From an uncultured delta proteobacterium (GTDB taxonomy: Bacteria; Myxococcota_A; UBA9160; SMWR01): a DNA stretch of 64,000 nucleotides. Every line of letters begins with the position of its first letter. The stretch's first letter is position 1. Positions 28,469-39,452 of this stretch are shown piece by piece. Made by a program: the position numbers and the translations under genes. Location of the stretch: the NCBI GenBank assembly GCA_963832165.1, contig CAWHTE010000002.1, positions 288,001-352,000 of the forward strand. Reading direction: 5' to 3'. The notes under the pieces were generated by a model. The model worked only from the letters and a program-made list of their open reading frames with translations, was not told the origin of the DNA and did not search any database.

Positions 28469-30253
28469 ATGCTAGGGAGCCCGCTCGCTCGAACTGCCGC
28501 GTTCGCCGCGTTGCTCACGTTGCTGCTCGTGGGCTGGGAGCAGTGTGCGTCGCGCGACGCCCGCGAGCGCGCGATCGCGGAGACCGACCCCGCGCTCGAG
28601 GAGACTGCGCGTGCGGTCGCGGAGGCGCTCGAAGGGCGCGCGATCGCCGCGATCCCGCCTGCAGAGCTCGCGGACCTCGCTGCCCGCGCGGCGCGTTTCG
28701 CGGGTGTGCGCGTCACGTTGATCGACGCGGACGGATTCCTGCGCGCCGATTCGGAGGTCGTGGACGCGAACCTCCCCGTGATCGAGAATCACGCGCACCG
28801 CGAAGAGGTGATGGCGGCTACGGCGGGCGGCGTGGGAAGGGCGACGCGCTTCAGCCACACGGTCGGGCGTATGCTCCGCTATGTCGCGGTGCCGGCGCCG
28901 GGTGGCGGCGTCGTGCGCGTCTCGGACGACCTCGCCGACGCCGAGCGCGAAGTCGCGCTCGCACGCAGCCACGCGCTCGGTCTGATCGCGATCGCAGCCG
29001 TGGCAGCGCTCGCGATGCTGTTCGCCTTCACGAGTGTCTTCCATCGCCGACCCCTCGCCGAGCTCCGCCGCATGGCCACTCGCGTGGCCGACGGCCAGCT
29101 CGACGCGCGCGCGCCGCGCACGGGCGATCCCGATCTCGCGCGGATTGCGCGCTCGATCGAGCGCGTCGCGGGCCAGCTGCGCTCGCGGCTGCGCGAGGTG
29201 ACGGAAGACGAGGCGCAGCTCGGTGCGGTGCTCGAGGCGATGGTCGAAGGCGTGCTCGTGGTGGACGCGCGCGGAGTGATCCTGCTCGCGAACTCGCGCC
29301 TGCGCGAGCTGTTCGACATCCACGGCGAGATCACCGGTCGGCCACTGCTCGAAGGGGTGCGCAACGCCGATCTCGACGCGATTCTCGCCGAGTCGGCGAA
29401 GACCGACGAGACGGTGGCGCGCAGCATCGCGCTCCCCGGGCCGAACCACCGCACGCTCGAAGTGCTCGCGGCGCGCTTCCCGAGCGAGGGCGAGCGCACG
29501 GGCACGGTCACCGTCTTCCACGACACCACCGAGCTGATGCGCCTCGAGGAGGTGCGCCGCGACTTCGTCGCGAACGCGTCGCACGAGCTGCGCACGCCGC
29601 TCGCGGCGATCCGCGGCTTCGCGGAGACGCTGCTCGAGAGCGCCTCGCTCTCACCGGAAGACCAGAAGGCCTATCTCGAGGTGATCCACCGCCACGCGCA
29701 GCGGCTGTCGAGTCTGGTCGAGGACCTGCTCGAGCTGTCGACGATCGAGAGCCGCACGCTGCGGCTCGAGATCGCGCCGATCGACGTCGCGGGCATGGTG
29801 GAGAACCTGATCGCCGACCACCGACTCCGTTTCGAGGAGCGCCGGATCATCGCGACGCTGCGCAGCGACGCGCGCCCGTCCGCGCTCGCCGACGCGCGCG
29901 CGCTCGATCAAGTGCTCGGGAACCTGCTCGACAATGCCGTGAAGTACACCGAGCCCGGTGGGTCGATCGAGGTGGCCGTCGAGACTCGCCTGGGACGCGT
30001 GCGTGTTTCCGTGGCGGATTCCGGAATCGGGATCCCGGCCGAGGACACCGCGCGCATCTTCGAACGCTTCTACCGCGTCGACCGCGCCCGCTCGCGCGCG
30101 CTCGGCGGCACCGGGCTCGGCCTCTCGATCGTGAAACACCTCGTGCAGGCGATGGGCGGCGAGATCTCGGTGAAGAGCCAGCTAGGCCGCGGCTCGACGT
30201 TCACGTTCGTGCTGCCGAGTGCGGGTGCTACCGAGGGCGAGGTCGTCGCCTAG
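28469..30253 (+). CDS. phoR: Sensor histidine kinase, PhoR-like (HAMP-PAS-HisKA-HATPase)
   Basis: [59 protein letters not shown]. Confidence 0.82.
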   Translation: MLGSPLARTAAFAALLTLLLVGWEQCASRDARERAIAETDPALEETARAVAEALEGRAIAAIPPAELADLAARAARFAGVRVTLIDADGFLRADSEVVDANLPVIENHAHREEVMAATAGGVGRATRFSHTVGRMLRYVAVPAPGGGVVRVSDDLADAEREVALARSHALGLIAIAAVAALAMLFAFTSVFHRRPLAELRRMATRVADGQLDARAPRTGDPDLARIARSIERVAGQLRSRLREVTEDEAQLGAVLEAMVEGVLVVDARGVILLANSRLRELFDIHGEITGRPLLEGVRNADLDAILAESAKTDETVARSIALPGPNHRTLEVLAARFPSEGERTGTVTVFHDTTELMRLEEVRRDFVANASHELRTPLAAIRGFAETLLESASLSPEDQKAYLEVIHRHAQRLSSLVEDLLELSTIESRTLRLEIAPIDVAGMVENLIADHRLRFEERRIIATLRSDARPSALADARALDQVLGNLLDNAVKYTEPGGSIEVAVETRLGRVRVSVADSGIGIPAEDTARIFERFYRVDRARSRALGGTGLGLSIVKHLVQAMGGEISVKSQLGRGSTFTFVLPSAGATEGEVVA

Positions 30254-30315
30254 AGATCCATCGCCCGGCCCGATTTGGCACCCCCCCGGAGGCCCGCGTA
30301 TGGTTTCGGGCGTCC

Positions 30316-31857
30316 ATGGCGACGCAGCACTTCGACGTTCTCATCGTCGGCGCCGGCCTCTCGGGCATCGGCACCGCCGTTCACCTCCAGCGCAGCTGCC
30401 CGGGGAAGAGCTACGTCATACTCGAAGGTCGGCCGTCGATCGGCGGAACCTGGGACCTGTTTCGCTATCCGGGCATCCGCTCCGACAGCGACATGCACAC
30501 GCTGGGGTACAGCTTCAAGCCCTGGCGCGACGCGAAGGCAATCGCCGACGGTCCCGCGATCCTGCGCTACGTGAAGGACACCGCGGCCGAGCACGGGGTC
30601 GACCGTCACATCCGCTACGGCCACCGCGCCACGCGCGCCGCGTGGTCGAGCGAGGACGGCGCCTGGAAGATCGATGCCGAGCGCACGGACACCGGCGAGA
30701 TCGTTCGCTTCACCGCGAACTTCGTCCTCATGTGCGCCGGGTACTACAGCTACCAGCAGGGCTACGCGCCCGAGTTCGAGGACCAGCAGCGCTTCGGGGG
30801 CACCATCGTGCATCCGCAGCAGTGGCCGGAGGACCTCGACTACCGCGGCAAGAGAGTCGTGGTGATCGGCTCGGGCGCGACCGCGATGACGCTCGTTCCC
30901 GCGATGGCGAAGGACGCCGGTCACATCGTGATGCTGCAACGGTCGCCGACCTACGTCGTCTCACTGCCGGACGAGGACGTCATCGCGAACTTTCTGCGTC
31001 GGGTGCTCCCCGCGCGCTGGGCGTACGCGATCACGCGCTGGAAGAACGTGACGCTCCAGCAGTTCCTGTATCGCCGCACGCGCACGCATCCGGAGCAGGT
31101 GAAGCGGAAGCTGCTCGACCGGGTGCGAAAGGAGCTCGGTCCGACGTACGACGTCGAGACTCACTTCACGCCGAGCTACAACCCGTGGGACCAGCGCATG
31201 TGCCTGGTCCCGAACAGCGACCTGTTCGAGTCGATCCGTTCGGGAAAGGCCGAGGTCGTCACCGATCGCATCGAGCGCTTCACCGAGACGGGGATCGTGC
31301 TCGAATCGGGCAAGCAGCTGGACGCGGACATCATCGTGACCGCGACCGGGCTGAATCTCGTGGTGCTGGGCGAGATGCGGTTCACCGTGGATGGCGCGCC
31401 CGTCGATTTCGCGCAGACGTGGACCTACAAGGGCATGATGTACTCGGGAGTGCCCAACCTGATCACGGCCTTCGGGTACATCAACGCGTCCTGGACGCTG
31501 CGCGCGGACCTCACCGCGGAGTACGCCTGCCGGCTGCTGAACCACATGGAGGAGCGCGGCGCGCACCAGGCGACACCCCGGCTGCGCGACGCGGACCAGG
31601 GCATGCCGGCTCTCCCGTGGATCATCGGATTCTCGTCCGGCTACATGCAGCGGGTGATGCATCGCTTCCCGAAGCAGGGCGACCGGGAGCCTTGGATCAA
31701 CCCGCAGAACTACGGGCGCGACAAGAAGATGATCCGCACCGCTCCCATCGACGACGGCGCGCTCGTGTTCACCAACGGAAAGCGTGCCGAGGCACCCGAG
31801 CGCGTGCTGCCCCTGAGGCTGCGTCCGGAGCCGCACGCCGGAGCCGCCGAGAACTAG
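30316..31857 (+). CDS. Flavin-containing monooxygenase (EthA-like Baeyer-Villiger type)
   Basis: GAGLSG, GGTWDLFRYPGIRSDSDM, HPQQWPEDLDY, GSGATA, TATG. Confidence 0.92.
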   Translation: MATQHFDVLIVGAGLSGIGTAVHLQRSCPGKSYVILEGRPSIGGTWDLFRYPGIRSDSDMHTLGYSFKPWRDAKAIADGPAILRYVKDTAAEHGVDRHIRYGHRATRAAWSSEDGAWKIDAERTDTGEIVRFTANFVLMCAGYYSYQQGYAPEFEDQQRFGGTIVHPQQWPEDLDYRGKRVVVIGSGATAMTLVPAMAKDAGHIVMLQRSPTYVVSLPDEDVIANFLRRVLPARWAYAITRWKNVTLQQFLYRRTRTHPEQVKRKLLDRVRKELGPTYDVETHFTPSYNPWDQRMCLVPNSDLFESIRSGKAEVVTDRIERFTETGIVLESGKQLDADIIVTATGLNLVVLGEMRFTVDGAPVDFAQTWTYKGMMYSGVPNLITAFGYINASWTLRADLTAEYACRLLNHMEERGAHQATPRLRDADQGMPALPWIIGFSSGYMQRVMHRFPKQGDREPWINPQNYGRDKKMIRTAPIDDGALVFTNGKRAEAPERVLPLRLRPEPHAGAAEN

Positions 31858-31895
31858 CCGGCCGGCGGACTGCTGGCGGCGCGGAACGAGAGGGA

Positions 31896-33253
31896 TCAGG
31901 CCTCGAACCCGTTCTCCGCGGCCACGCGCCCGTACCAGCGCGCCGATTCCTTCAGCGTGCGCTCGCCGGTCGCGAAGTCGACCCAGACCAGACCGAAGCG
32001 CTGCTCGTAGCCTTCGGCCCACTCGAAATTGTCGAGCAGCGACCACGCGTGATAACCGCGCACGTCGGCGCCGTCCTCGATCGCGCGCGCCACCGCCTCG
32101 AGGTAGCCGCGGTAGAAATCGATCCGGCGCCGGTCGTGGATTGCGCCGCGCGCGTCGGGACCATCGAGATACGAGCAGCCGTTCTCGGTGATCTCGATGA
32201 CCGGGCGATCGTAGTCGCGCGTGATCCGGACCAGCACGTCGTAGAGCGCGTCGGGCCACACCTCCCAGCCGAAGTCGGTCTTCGGCCCCTGCTTCCCGGC
32301 GACGGGCCCGAACAGCGCGCGCGCTCCCATCCCGAGCGGATCCGAGTCCTGGTGCTCGATCATGGTGCGCGTGTAGAGGTTGATGCCGATGAAGTCGAGC
32401 GGCGCGCGCACGAGCTCGAGGTCGTCGTCGCGGATTCCCATGCGGTCGAACGGGGCGACGGCGAACGCCTCGGGGTAGCGCCCGCGCAGGGCGGGCTCGA
32501 GAAACCAGAGATTGGCGAGACGGTGCCAGCGCTCGGCGGCGGCCTGATCCTCTTCGGTGTCACGGGCCGGTTGGCAAGCCGTCATGCTGTACGCGGAGCC
32601 GATCACGGCGTCCGCGCGCACCGCGCGCATCGCGCGGAACGCTTCGCCCTGCGCGAGATTCACGACGTGGCTCGCGCGCAGATACGCGGCGAGGTCGCGG
32701 CGACCCGGCGCGTGGATCCCCACGTAGATATCCGAACAGCGTGAAGACTCCGGGCTCGTTGAAGATCATCCAGTGCTTCACGCGGTCGCCGAGCGCGCGC
32801 ACCACGATCTCGGCGTAGTCGGCGAAGCGCCCCGCGGTGTCGCGCTCGGGCCAGCCGCCGCGGTCTTCGAGCGCCTGCGGCAGATCCCAGTGGTAGAGCG
32901 TCGGGAACGGCCGGATGCCCGCGTCGAGCAGCGCGTCGACGAGGCGGCGGTAGTGATCGAGCCCCTTCTCGTTCGGCACTGCCCGACCCGTTCGGCTGGA
33001 TGCGCGGCCACGCGATCGAGAAGCGGAAGCTCGTCTGGTTCATCGCGCGCATCAGCGCGATGTCTTCCTCGAAGCGGTGATAGGAATCGCACGCCACGTC
33101 GCCGGTGTCGCCGTTGCGGACCTTGCCCGGCGTGTGCGAGAAGCGGTCCCAGATCGACTCGCCCTTGCCGTCCTCCTGCCAGGCGCCTTCGATCTGATAC
33201 GACGCGGTGGCGGTGCCCCAGTGAAATCCGGCCGGAAAATGCAGACGCCCCAT
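31896..33253 (-). CDS. GH1 beta-glucosidase; two apparent frameshifts (near 32980 and 32725)
   Basis: Three consecutive ORFs give [31 protein letters not shown] and [12 protein letters not shown]. Confidence 0.88.
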
Positions 33254-33295
33254 CTCACCATTCAACCACAGGATCGCAGCGTCGGCAGCGGTGGA

Positions 33296-35386
33296 TCAGT
33301 CCGCTTCCGGCGTTCCGCGCGCGACCGCGCGGCGCACGAGCTCTTCCTGGGCGGCGAGGCTGCGGCGCCGCGGAACGCGGTGCCACACGCCCTCGGCGTC
33401 GAGCTGCCACGCGAGCACGTCGTCGGCGAGACAGAGCTCGAGGAACTCGTCGATGCGCGCTGCGAGCGGAGCGGACTCCACCGGAACGACCACTTCGACG
33501 CGGCCCTCGAGATTTCGCGGCATCAAGTCGGCCGATCCGATGTAGTGGCGTGCTTCACCGTCGCAGCCGAAGCGGTAGACGCGCGAGTGCTCGAGGAAGG
33601 GCCCCACGATCGAGCGCACGCGGATCGTCTCGGAGAGGCCCGGGACGCCCGGGCGCAGGCAACAGACGCCGCGCACCACGAGATCGATCTCGACGCCGGC
33701 CTGCGAAGCCTCGTACAGCGCATCGATCAGCGGTCCGTCCGCGAGTCCGTTCACCTTGATCGCGATCCGCCCGCGATGCGCGCGCTCTCTCTCCCGCTCG
33801 ATCTCTTCGAGCAGCCGCGTGCGCAGTGATCGCGGCGCGACGAGCAACTTGCGATAGGCCCCCTGATTGCTGCAGCCGGTGAGATAGTTGAAGAGCTCGG
33901 CGGCGTCCGCCGCGAGCGCGTCGGAACAGCTGAACAGTCCGAGGTCGTCGTAGGTGCGCGCGGTCTGCGGGTGGTAGTTGCCGGTGCCGACGTGAACGTA
34001 GCGCCGAATGCCATCGGACTCGGCGCGCACCACGAGCGTGACCTTGCAATGGGACTTGAGCCCGACCACGCCGTACACGACGTGCACGCCGGCCTCTTCG
34101 AGCACGCGCGCGAGCTTGATGTTGGCCTGCTCGTCGAAGCGCGCCGTGAGCTCGACGAGCGTCACCACCTGCTTCCCGGCCTCGGCGGCCTCGATCAGGT
34201 TGCGCACCAGCGTGTTCTCGACTCCCGAAGTGCGATAGAGCGTGTGCTTGATCGCGAGCACCGCGGGGTCTTCGGCGGCCTGTGCGAGGAACGCCTCCGT
34301 GGAGTCGCCGAACGACTCGTAGGGGTGGTGCACGAGCACGTCGCGCTCGCGGATCGCCGCGAACAGATCCACGGTCCCGTCGACTCCGGGGACGAACGCG
34401 GGCGGCGTCACGGGCGTGTGGGCGGGCAGCTTCGCCTCGGGCCGATCGAGCGCGTGGATCTCCCAGAGCGAGCCGAGGTCGATCAGCTCGCGCGTCACGT
34501 AGAGGTCGTCGCTCGTGAGCTCGAGCTCCGCGAGCAGGAGATTGCGCACGCGCTCCGACATGCGATCGGTCACTTCGAGTCGCACGGCGGCGTTCATGCG
34601 CAGGCGGCGCTTGAGCCCGAACTCCACTGCCTGCAGCAGGTCTTCGGCATCCGTCTCGTCGAGTGCGAGGTCGGCGTCGCGCGTCACGCGGAACGGATTG
34701 CACGACACGATCTCCATTCCCGGAAACAGCGTCGGGGCTTGCGCCGCGATCAGCTCCTCGACGGGCAGGAATCCGCTGCCGCCCGGCAGCGCGATCCAGC
34801 GCGCGAACAGCGGCGGCACCTTGATCCGCGCGAAGCGGTGCGCCTGGGTCTCGAGATCGCGCACCACGACCGCGAGGTTCAGCGACAGGTTCGAGATGTA
34901 CGGGAAGGGATGCGAGGGATCGACCGAGAGCGGCGTCAGAACCGGGAAGATCCGCGTCTCGAACATGCGCGAGAGCTCGCGCTGCATCGCGGGCTCGAGC
35001 TCGTCCCAGCTGCAGAGATGGATCCCGAGATCGCGCAGCCGCGGGCCCAGATCCTTGTCGAGGATCTCGTCGCATCGCGCGACCTGCAGGGTCACGATCG
35101 GGCGGATCGCCGCGAGCTGTTCGGCAGGCGAACGCCCGTCGATCGAGCGCGCGCCGACCTCCGCGGCGATCTGGGTCTTGAGACCCGCGACGCGCACCTG
35201 GAAGAAGTGGTCGAGGTTGCGGCTCGCGATCGCGAGGAACTTCACGCGCTCGAGCACCGGCAGCGATTCGTCCGCCGCGAGCGCGATCACACGCGCGTTG
35301 AAATCGAGCCAGGTCAGCTCGCGATTGAAATAGAGCGGCAGATCGGGACGCGCAGCGTCGGCGTCGATCGGGGGAAGGCGCTCCAT
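33296..35386 (-). CDS. ppk1: Polyphosphate kinase 1
   Basis: YFNRELTWLDFN, HPFPYISNLS, HHPYESF, ARFDE, HVGTGNY, FLEHSR, GSADLM.RNL. Confidence 0.95.
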   Translation of the reverse strand: MERLPPIDADAARPDLPLYFNRELTWLDFNARVIALAADESLPVLERVKFLAIASRNLDHFFQVRVAGLKTQIAAEVGARSIDGRSPAEQLAAIRPIVTLQVARCDEILDKDLGPRLRDLGIHLCSWDELEPAMQRELSRMFETRIFPVLTPLSVDPSHPFPYISNLSLNLAVVVRDLETQAHRFARIKVPPLFARWIALPGGSGFLPVEELIAAQAPTLFPGMEIVSCNPFRVTRDADLALDETDAEDLLQAVEFGLKRRLRMNAAVRLEVTDRMSERVRNLLLAELELTSDDLYVTRELIDLGSLWEIHALDRPEAKLPAHTPVTPPAFVPGVDGTVDLFAAIRERDVLVHHPYESFGDSTEAFLAQAAEDPAVLAIKHTLYRTSGVENTLVRNLIEAAEAGKQVVTLVELTARFDEQANIKLARVLEEAGVHVVYGVVGLKSHCKVTLVVRAESDGIRRYVHVGTGNYHPQTARTYDDLGLFSCSDALAADAAELFNYLTGCSNQGAYRKLLVAPRSLRTRLLEEIERERERAHRGRIAIKVNGLADGPLIDALYEASQAGVEIDLVVRGVCCLRPGVPGLSETIRVRSIVGPFLEHSRVYRFGCDGEARHYIGSADLMPRNLEGRVEVVVPVESAPLAARIDEFLELCLADDVLAWQLDAEGVWHRVPRRRSLAAQEELVRRAVARGTPEAD

Positions 35387-35463
35387 CGGGGTCGGGCCTG
35401 CGGGTGCTGGGAGGGGAGGACCCAGTCTACCACTTCCCCCGGGGAACAAGCGAGCCGTGGTCG

Positions 35464-36189
35464 TTACGTTTCCGTGAACGCGGTCCCGCCGCGCGGCTCG
35501 ATCGCGTTCTCGGCGAGCCGATATCCAACCCCGCGAACCGTTTCCAGGTAGCTCCTCGCGGGTCCGAGCTTGCGCCGGATGCTCTTGATGTGCGCATCGA
35601 TTGCGCGCTCACTGCGGGGTTCGCGACCCGCCTGGAGACGGTCGATGAGCTGACTTCGGCGCACGACGCGCCCGGCCTGCGCGATCAGTGCGGAGAGCAG
35701 CTCGCGCTCGCGCGGTGTCAGCTCGACGCGCCGTCCGTCGGCGATCACGCGCCCGGTCCGCGGGTCGAGCTGGATCGCGCTGCTCCCGGGGGTGCGCGCC
35801 GTGGGCTCCTCCGCGCGCGGAACGAAGCCGCGGAGCACCGCCGAGACGCGCGCCCCGAGCTCGGGCGGGTAGAACGGCTTCGCGAGGAAGTCGTCGACGC
35901 CGGACTCGAACGCGAGCACGCGGTCGATCTCGCTCGCGCGGCTCGTCAGCACGATGATCGGAGTGGCCGCGATCGACGGAGACTCGCGCACGGTGCGGCA
36001 CAGGCCGAGCCCCGACTGGTCGGGCAGCACGAGCTCGACCAGGATCAGGTCGGGCGGGTCGTCGAGCGCCGAACGCAGCGCTTCTCGAGCGGTCGCAGCC
36101 TCGCGACACGACAGGTGTCGATTCGCGAGACACTCGCGGATCTCGGCACGGACGTCTTCGTCTTCGTCGACAACCAGGACCACTGCCAC
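35464..36189 (-). CDS. Atypical OmpR/PhoB-family regulator (Glu at the phosphoacceptor position)
   Basis: PDLILVELVLPD versus PDLLILDLMLPD in the local PhoB; winged-helix RAIDAHIKSIRRKLG..LETVRGVGY. Confidence 0.85.
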   Translation of the reverse strand: MAVVLVVDEDEDVRAEIRECLANRHLSCREAATAREALRSALDDPPDLILVELVLPDQSGLGLCRTVRESPSIAATPIIVLTSRASEIDRVLAFESGVDDFLAKPFYPPELGARVSAVLRGFVPRAEEPTARTPGSSAIQLDPRTGRVIADGRRVELTPRERELLSALIAQAGRVVRRSQLIDRLQAGREPRSERAIDAHIKSIRRKLGPARSYLETVRGVGYRLAENAIEPRGGTAFTET

Positions 36190-36238
36190 GCCGCTTCACA
36201 CTCGGGGAATTCCCAGTTCCTCACACAATCAAAACGCG

Positions 36239-36254
36239 ATGACGATGGCGTGAA
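36239..36254 (-). promoter_or_regulatory. Pho-box-like pair upstream of atypical regulator-ppk1
   Basis: Minus strand TTCAC-N6-GTCAT. Confidence 0.55.
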
Positions 36255-36420
36255 GGCCTTGGGACGTTTTCGCGCACAATCGGTATAGCGGGGGCAGGAA
36301 CAGTCCGATCGCGATCGGGTTGGACCGGGTGGATCGCCCCGAGCTCGCCGATCGGGCGCGTTTCGGGCCGGCTTCGGCGCGCGCGCAGCCTCCGCTGCCG
36401 GGCCCGCTGCCGTACGCCCC

Positions 36421-36621
36421 TCAGAGGACCGCCCGGAGCAGACGGCCCGCGAAGCCCCGATTCGCCGAGAGCACCTGCGCCTTGCGGTACTGCAATACGA
36501 GGCCGCGGGTCTCGCTGCGCCAGTCGCATTTTTCTGCGCGCGCCCGCGCGCGACGCGCAAGGCGCGCGGAGATCCCGTCGATCTTGGGCGCGAACACTTC
36601 GGTGAACAGAGCGATTCGCAT
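36421..36621 (-). pseudogene. Internally deleted GT4 glycosyltransferase (SqdX/PimB-like N- and C-termini fused)
   Basis: 66-aa frame: MRIALFTEVFAPKIDGISARL (GT4 start) joined directly to ARARAEKCDWRSETRGLVLQY (GT4 terminal helix). Confidence 0.7.
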
Positions 36622-36771
36622 GCCCGGAACATCGGCGCCCCATGCGTCGGTGGCGTGGGAGAGCGGTGAACTCGCGGGCAAGAGCGCGCGGCAGCCCGGC
36701 GGAGCCGATGTCACCGTTCGGTGACAAAGCGCAATCGCACCGGATCGCGACTCCTCGCGCAGTGCGTGGGG

Positions 36772-36799
36772 AGCGGGGGCTGCGGCCGCAGCCCCCGCT
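36772..36799. repeat. Perfect 28-bp palindrome
   Basis: AGCGGGGGCTGCGGCCGCAGCCCCCGCT equals its own reverse complement. Confidence 0.9.
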
Positions 36800-36999
36800 G
36801 ACCTCGCGCCCCGCTGGACGACGGCGGGGGGCGCCTGTCGTCCGTTCGGGTTCGCACTTCGCAGTCCGGCGTCTCGTCGGTTGGGATGGGGAGAGAAGGA
36901 AGAGACGCTAGGCCTACGCGAGATGTAACTTACGCATTGGACGTGTCGTTCGAGTGAAGAACACGGCGAGCTATCGTGACACGGTTCGGAGGGCACCCC

Positions 37000-37518
37000 G
37001 TGAAGACGCTCTGGCTGCTGCGACACGCAAAGGCGATCACGGGTGAAGGCATGCCCGACCGCGAGCGGTCGCTCAGCGCGCGCGGTCGCGAAGCGGCCGA
37101 GCGGATGGGCCGTTGTCTCGCAGAGCGCGGAGCGCGGCCCGACCTCGTGCTCTGCTCTCCGTCGGTCCGCACGCGCGAGACGCTGGAGCTCGCAGCCAAG
37201 GCGCTCGGCACCTCGCTCTCGGTCGAATTCGAGGAAGAGCTCTATCTCGCGAGCGCGGACGACCTGCTCGAGCGCATCGAGCTGGTGCCCGACGATGCGG
37301 CATCGGTTCTCCTGGTGGGGCACAACCCCGGCATCGAGGAGCTCGGGCTCGAGCTCGCCGGGCGCGGCGACTCCGGCGGGATCGAACGGATGCGCCACAA
37401 GTTTCCGACGGGGGCGCTGGCCGAATTCCGCGTCCATGCTGAGGAATGGCGCCGTTTCGCGCGCAAATGCGAGCTGATCGCGTTCGTGACGCCGAAGACT
37501 TTGTCCTCCGAGCGGTGA
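37000..37518 (+). CDS. sixA: Phosphohistidine phosphatase SixA family
   Basis: LLRHAKA, DRERSLSARG, CSPSVRTRET, LVGHNPG, FPTGALA. Confidence 0.88.
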   Translation: MKTLWLLRHAKAITGEGMPDRERSLSARGREAAERMGRCLAERGARPDLVLCSPSVRTRETLELAAKALGTSLSVEFEEELYLASADDLLERIELVPDDAASVLLVGHNPGIEELGLELAGRGDSGGIERMRHKFPTGALAEFRVHAEEWRRFARKCELIAFVTPKTLSSER

Positions 37519-37530
37519 TATCCTGCCGAG

Positions 37531-39079
37531 GTGGACACCCCCCGCGAGATCGAGCTCAAGCTCGACGCGTCGATCGAGGTCCTGCGGCGTCTTCAGCGCC
37601 ATCCGCTCGTTCGCAGCCACGCGCAGGGTCGCGCGCGATCCCAGTCGCTCGAATCGGTCTACTTCGACACGGAAGACCACGACCTCGCCGAGGCGAACCT
37701 GGGTCTGCGCGTGCGGCACACGGGCAAGCGGCGAGTCCAGACGCTCAAGGGCGAGCGCTCGTCGTCGGGTGGGTTGTTCGAACGCATCGAGGTCGAGGTC
37801 CCGATCGACGGGGACGAGCCCGACCTCGCGCTGATCTCCGATCCCGAGCTGCGAGCTCGGGTCGACGAAGCGGTGAATGGAAAACCGCTCGTCGAGGTGT
37901 TCCGGACCGAGTTCCGCCGCACGCGCCGCGTGCTGCGCAAGGGCGAGAGCGAGTGGACGATCGACCTCGACGCCGGCAGCATCGTCGCAGGCGAAGAGCG
38001 CGCTCCGATTCACGAGGTCGAGCTGGAGCTTCTCGCGGGTGAGCCCGCAAAGCTGTTCGAGTTCGCGCTGCTCTTGCAGGAGCGGCTCGATCTGCGGCCC
38101 GCGACGGTCAGCAAGGCGGAGCGCGGCTATGCGCTGGCGCGCGGAGAGCGCGCGAGCTCGTACTACGCGCCGCGCGTGCGACTCGACGCGCAGACGACGC
38201 TCGAGGACGGGCTCAGAGCGATCCTCTCGCACTGCCTCTCCCAATTTCACGAGGAACGCCGATTGCGCACGCAACGGGGTCGAGCCCGAAGGTGTGCACC
38301 AGATGCGCGTGGGCGTGCGCCGCATGCGAGCGGCATTCGCGCTGTTCGAGTCGCGTCTTCCGGCAGACCGCGTCCGCTACTTCCGCTCCGAGCTGCGCTG
38401 GCTCGGCCGAGAGCTCGGCGCGGCGCGCGATCTCGACGTGTTCACGCGCGGGCTGCTCGCGGACATCGAATCCCATCGGCCCGACGACGTCGCGCTCGAG
38501 CGCCTGCGCGTCGAGGCGCTGGCTCTGCGCGCCGAATGCTACGAGGGAGTTCGCACCTGCATCGACTCGCGGCGCTATGCGCGCCTCGTGCTGGAGCTCG
38601 GCGGGTGGCTCGCCGCGCGCGGGTGGCAGGAGAACGCGTCGCGCGACGACTCGATGCGCTGGCTCGAGCCCGCGCATACCTTCGCGGAGACCGAGCTCGA
38701 GCGCAGGCACCGCAAGATCGCCCGCCTCGCCGAGCGGATCGACGAATCCGTCGACGCGCGCCACGCACTGCGCATCGAGCTGAAGAAGCTCCGCTATGCC
38801 GGGGAGTTCTTTCGCGATCTCTACCCGCGCCACGGCGCCAAGCGCTTCCTGCGCCGGATCGCGCGCGTGCAGAACGCGCTCGGGCACATGAACGACGTCG
38901 CCACCGCAGAGCGGATCCTCGCTCTGCTCCTGGCGCGGCTCGGCCCGGATCGCATGCGCCACCACGACCGCGCCGCGGGCTTCGTCGAGGGGTGGGCCGC
39001 GGAGCTCGCGGCGAACGCGCTGCGCGAGACCGAGGATGCCTGGCAGCGCCTCGAGCGCGCGCAACCGTTCTGGCTCTAG
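37531..39079 (+). CDS. CYTH + CHAD domain protein (polyphosphate-binding / triphosphatase); frameshift near 38246
   Basis: REIELKL, YFDT, QTLK, EVELEL (CYTH); HQMRVGVRRMR, ARDLDVF, HALRIELKKLRY, QNALGHMND (CHAD). Confidence 0.88.
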
Positions 39080-39082
39080 GAA

Positions 39083-39120
39083 TTCGCACGATCGTCACGA
39101 AATCGCCGTGGCTTTCTCAC
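39083..39120 (+). promoter_or_regulatory. Pho-box-like array upstream of the small ORF
   Basis: TTCGC(39083)-GTCAC(39094)-GCCGT-CTCAC(39116), 11-bp period. Confidence 0.55.
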
Positions 39121-39168
39121 CCGATCGCCCCACGCGAAAACCGATGTTTTTGTAGGTTCGGGGCCATC

Positions 39169-39423
39169 ATGAAGCGTCTGGGTTCGCCTATCACGACGCG
39201 CTCCGCCTTTGCGGGGCTCGCAGGAGTGCTCGCGCTCGGGATCGCGTTCTACAGCCGCTCGGCCGTGGGGCGGATCGGCTCGCCCGATCCCGGCCCGTCG
39301 CCCGACCCGCTCGTCGACACCCTCGATGAGGACGAGCTCGTGAAGTTCGCCGTGATCGACATGGTCGATGCGCTCGATCGCGTCGTCGATGCGAACGCGG
39401 CCGCGAGCGACGTCCAGGAGTAG
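39169..39423 (+). CDS. 84-aa membrane or exported microprotein with a TonB-receptor plug-like segment
   Basis: Hydrophobic AFAGLAGVLALGIAFY, Pro-rich linker, then LVDTLDEDELVKFAVIDMVDALDRV, 15/25 identical to the receptor segment at 40056..40130. Confidence 0.7.
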   Translation: MKRLGSPITTRSAFAGLAGVLALGIAFYSRSAVGRIGSPDPGPSPDPLVDTLDEDELVKFAVIDMVDALDRVVDANAAASDVQE

Positions 39424-39452
39424 ATAGGGCTTCTCGAGATCGCGGCGCAGAC

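Noticed and set aside
32560..33265. Programmed frameshifting or a split GH1 gene
   Set aside because: No slippery heptamer seen, and similar indels occur throughout the window.
37531..39423. Apparent 630-aa fusion of CYTH with the 39169 microprotein
   Set aside because: Produced by the frameshift near 38246; the intervening frame is low-complexity, and CHAD ends at 39079 in another frame.
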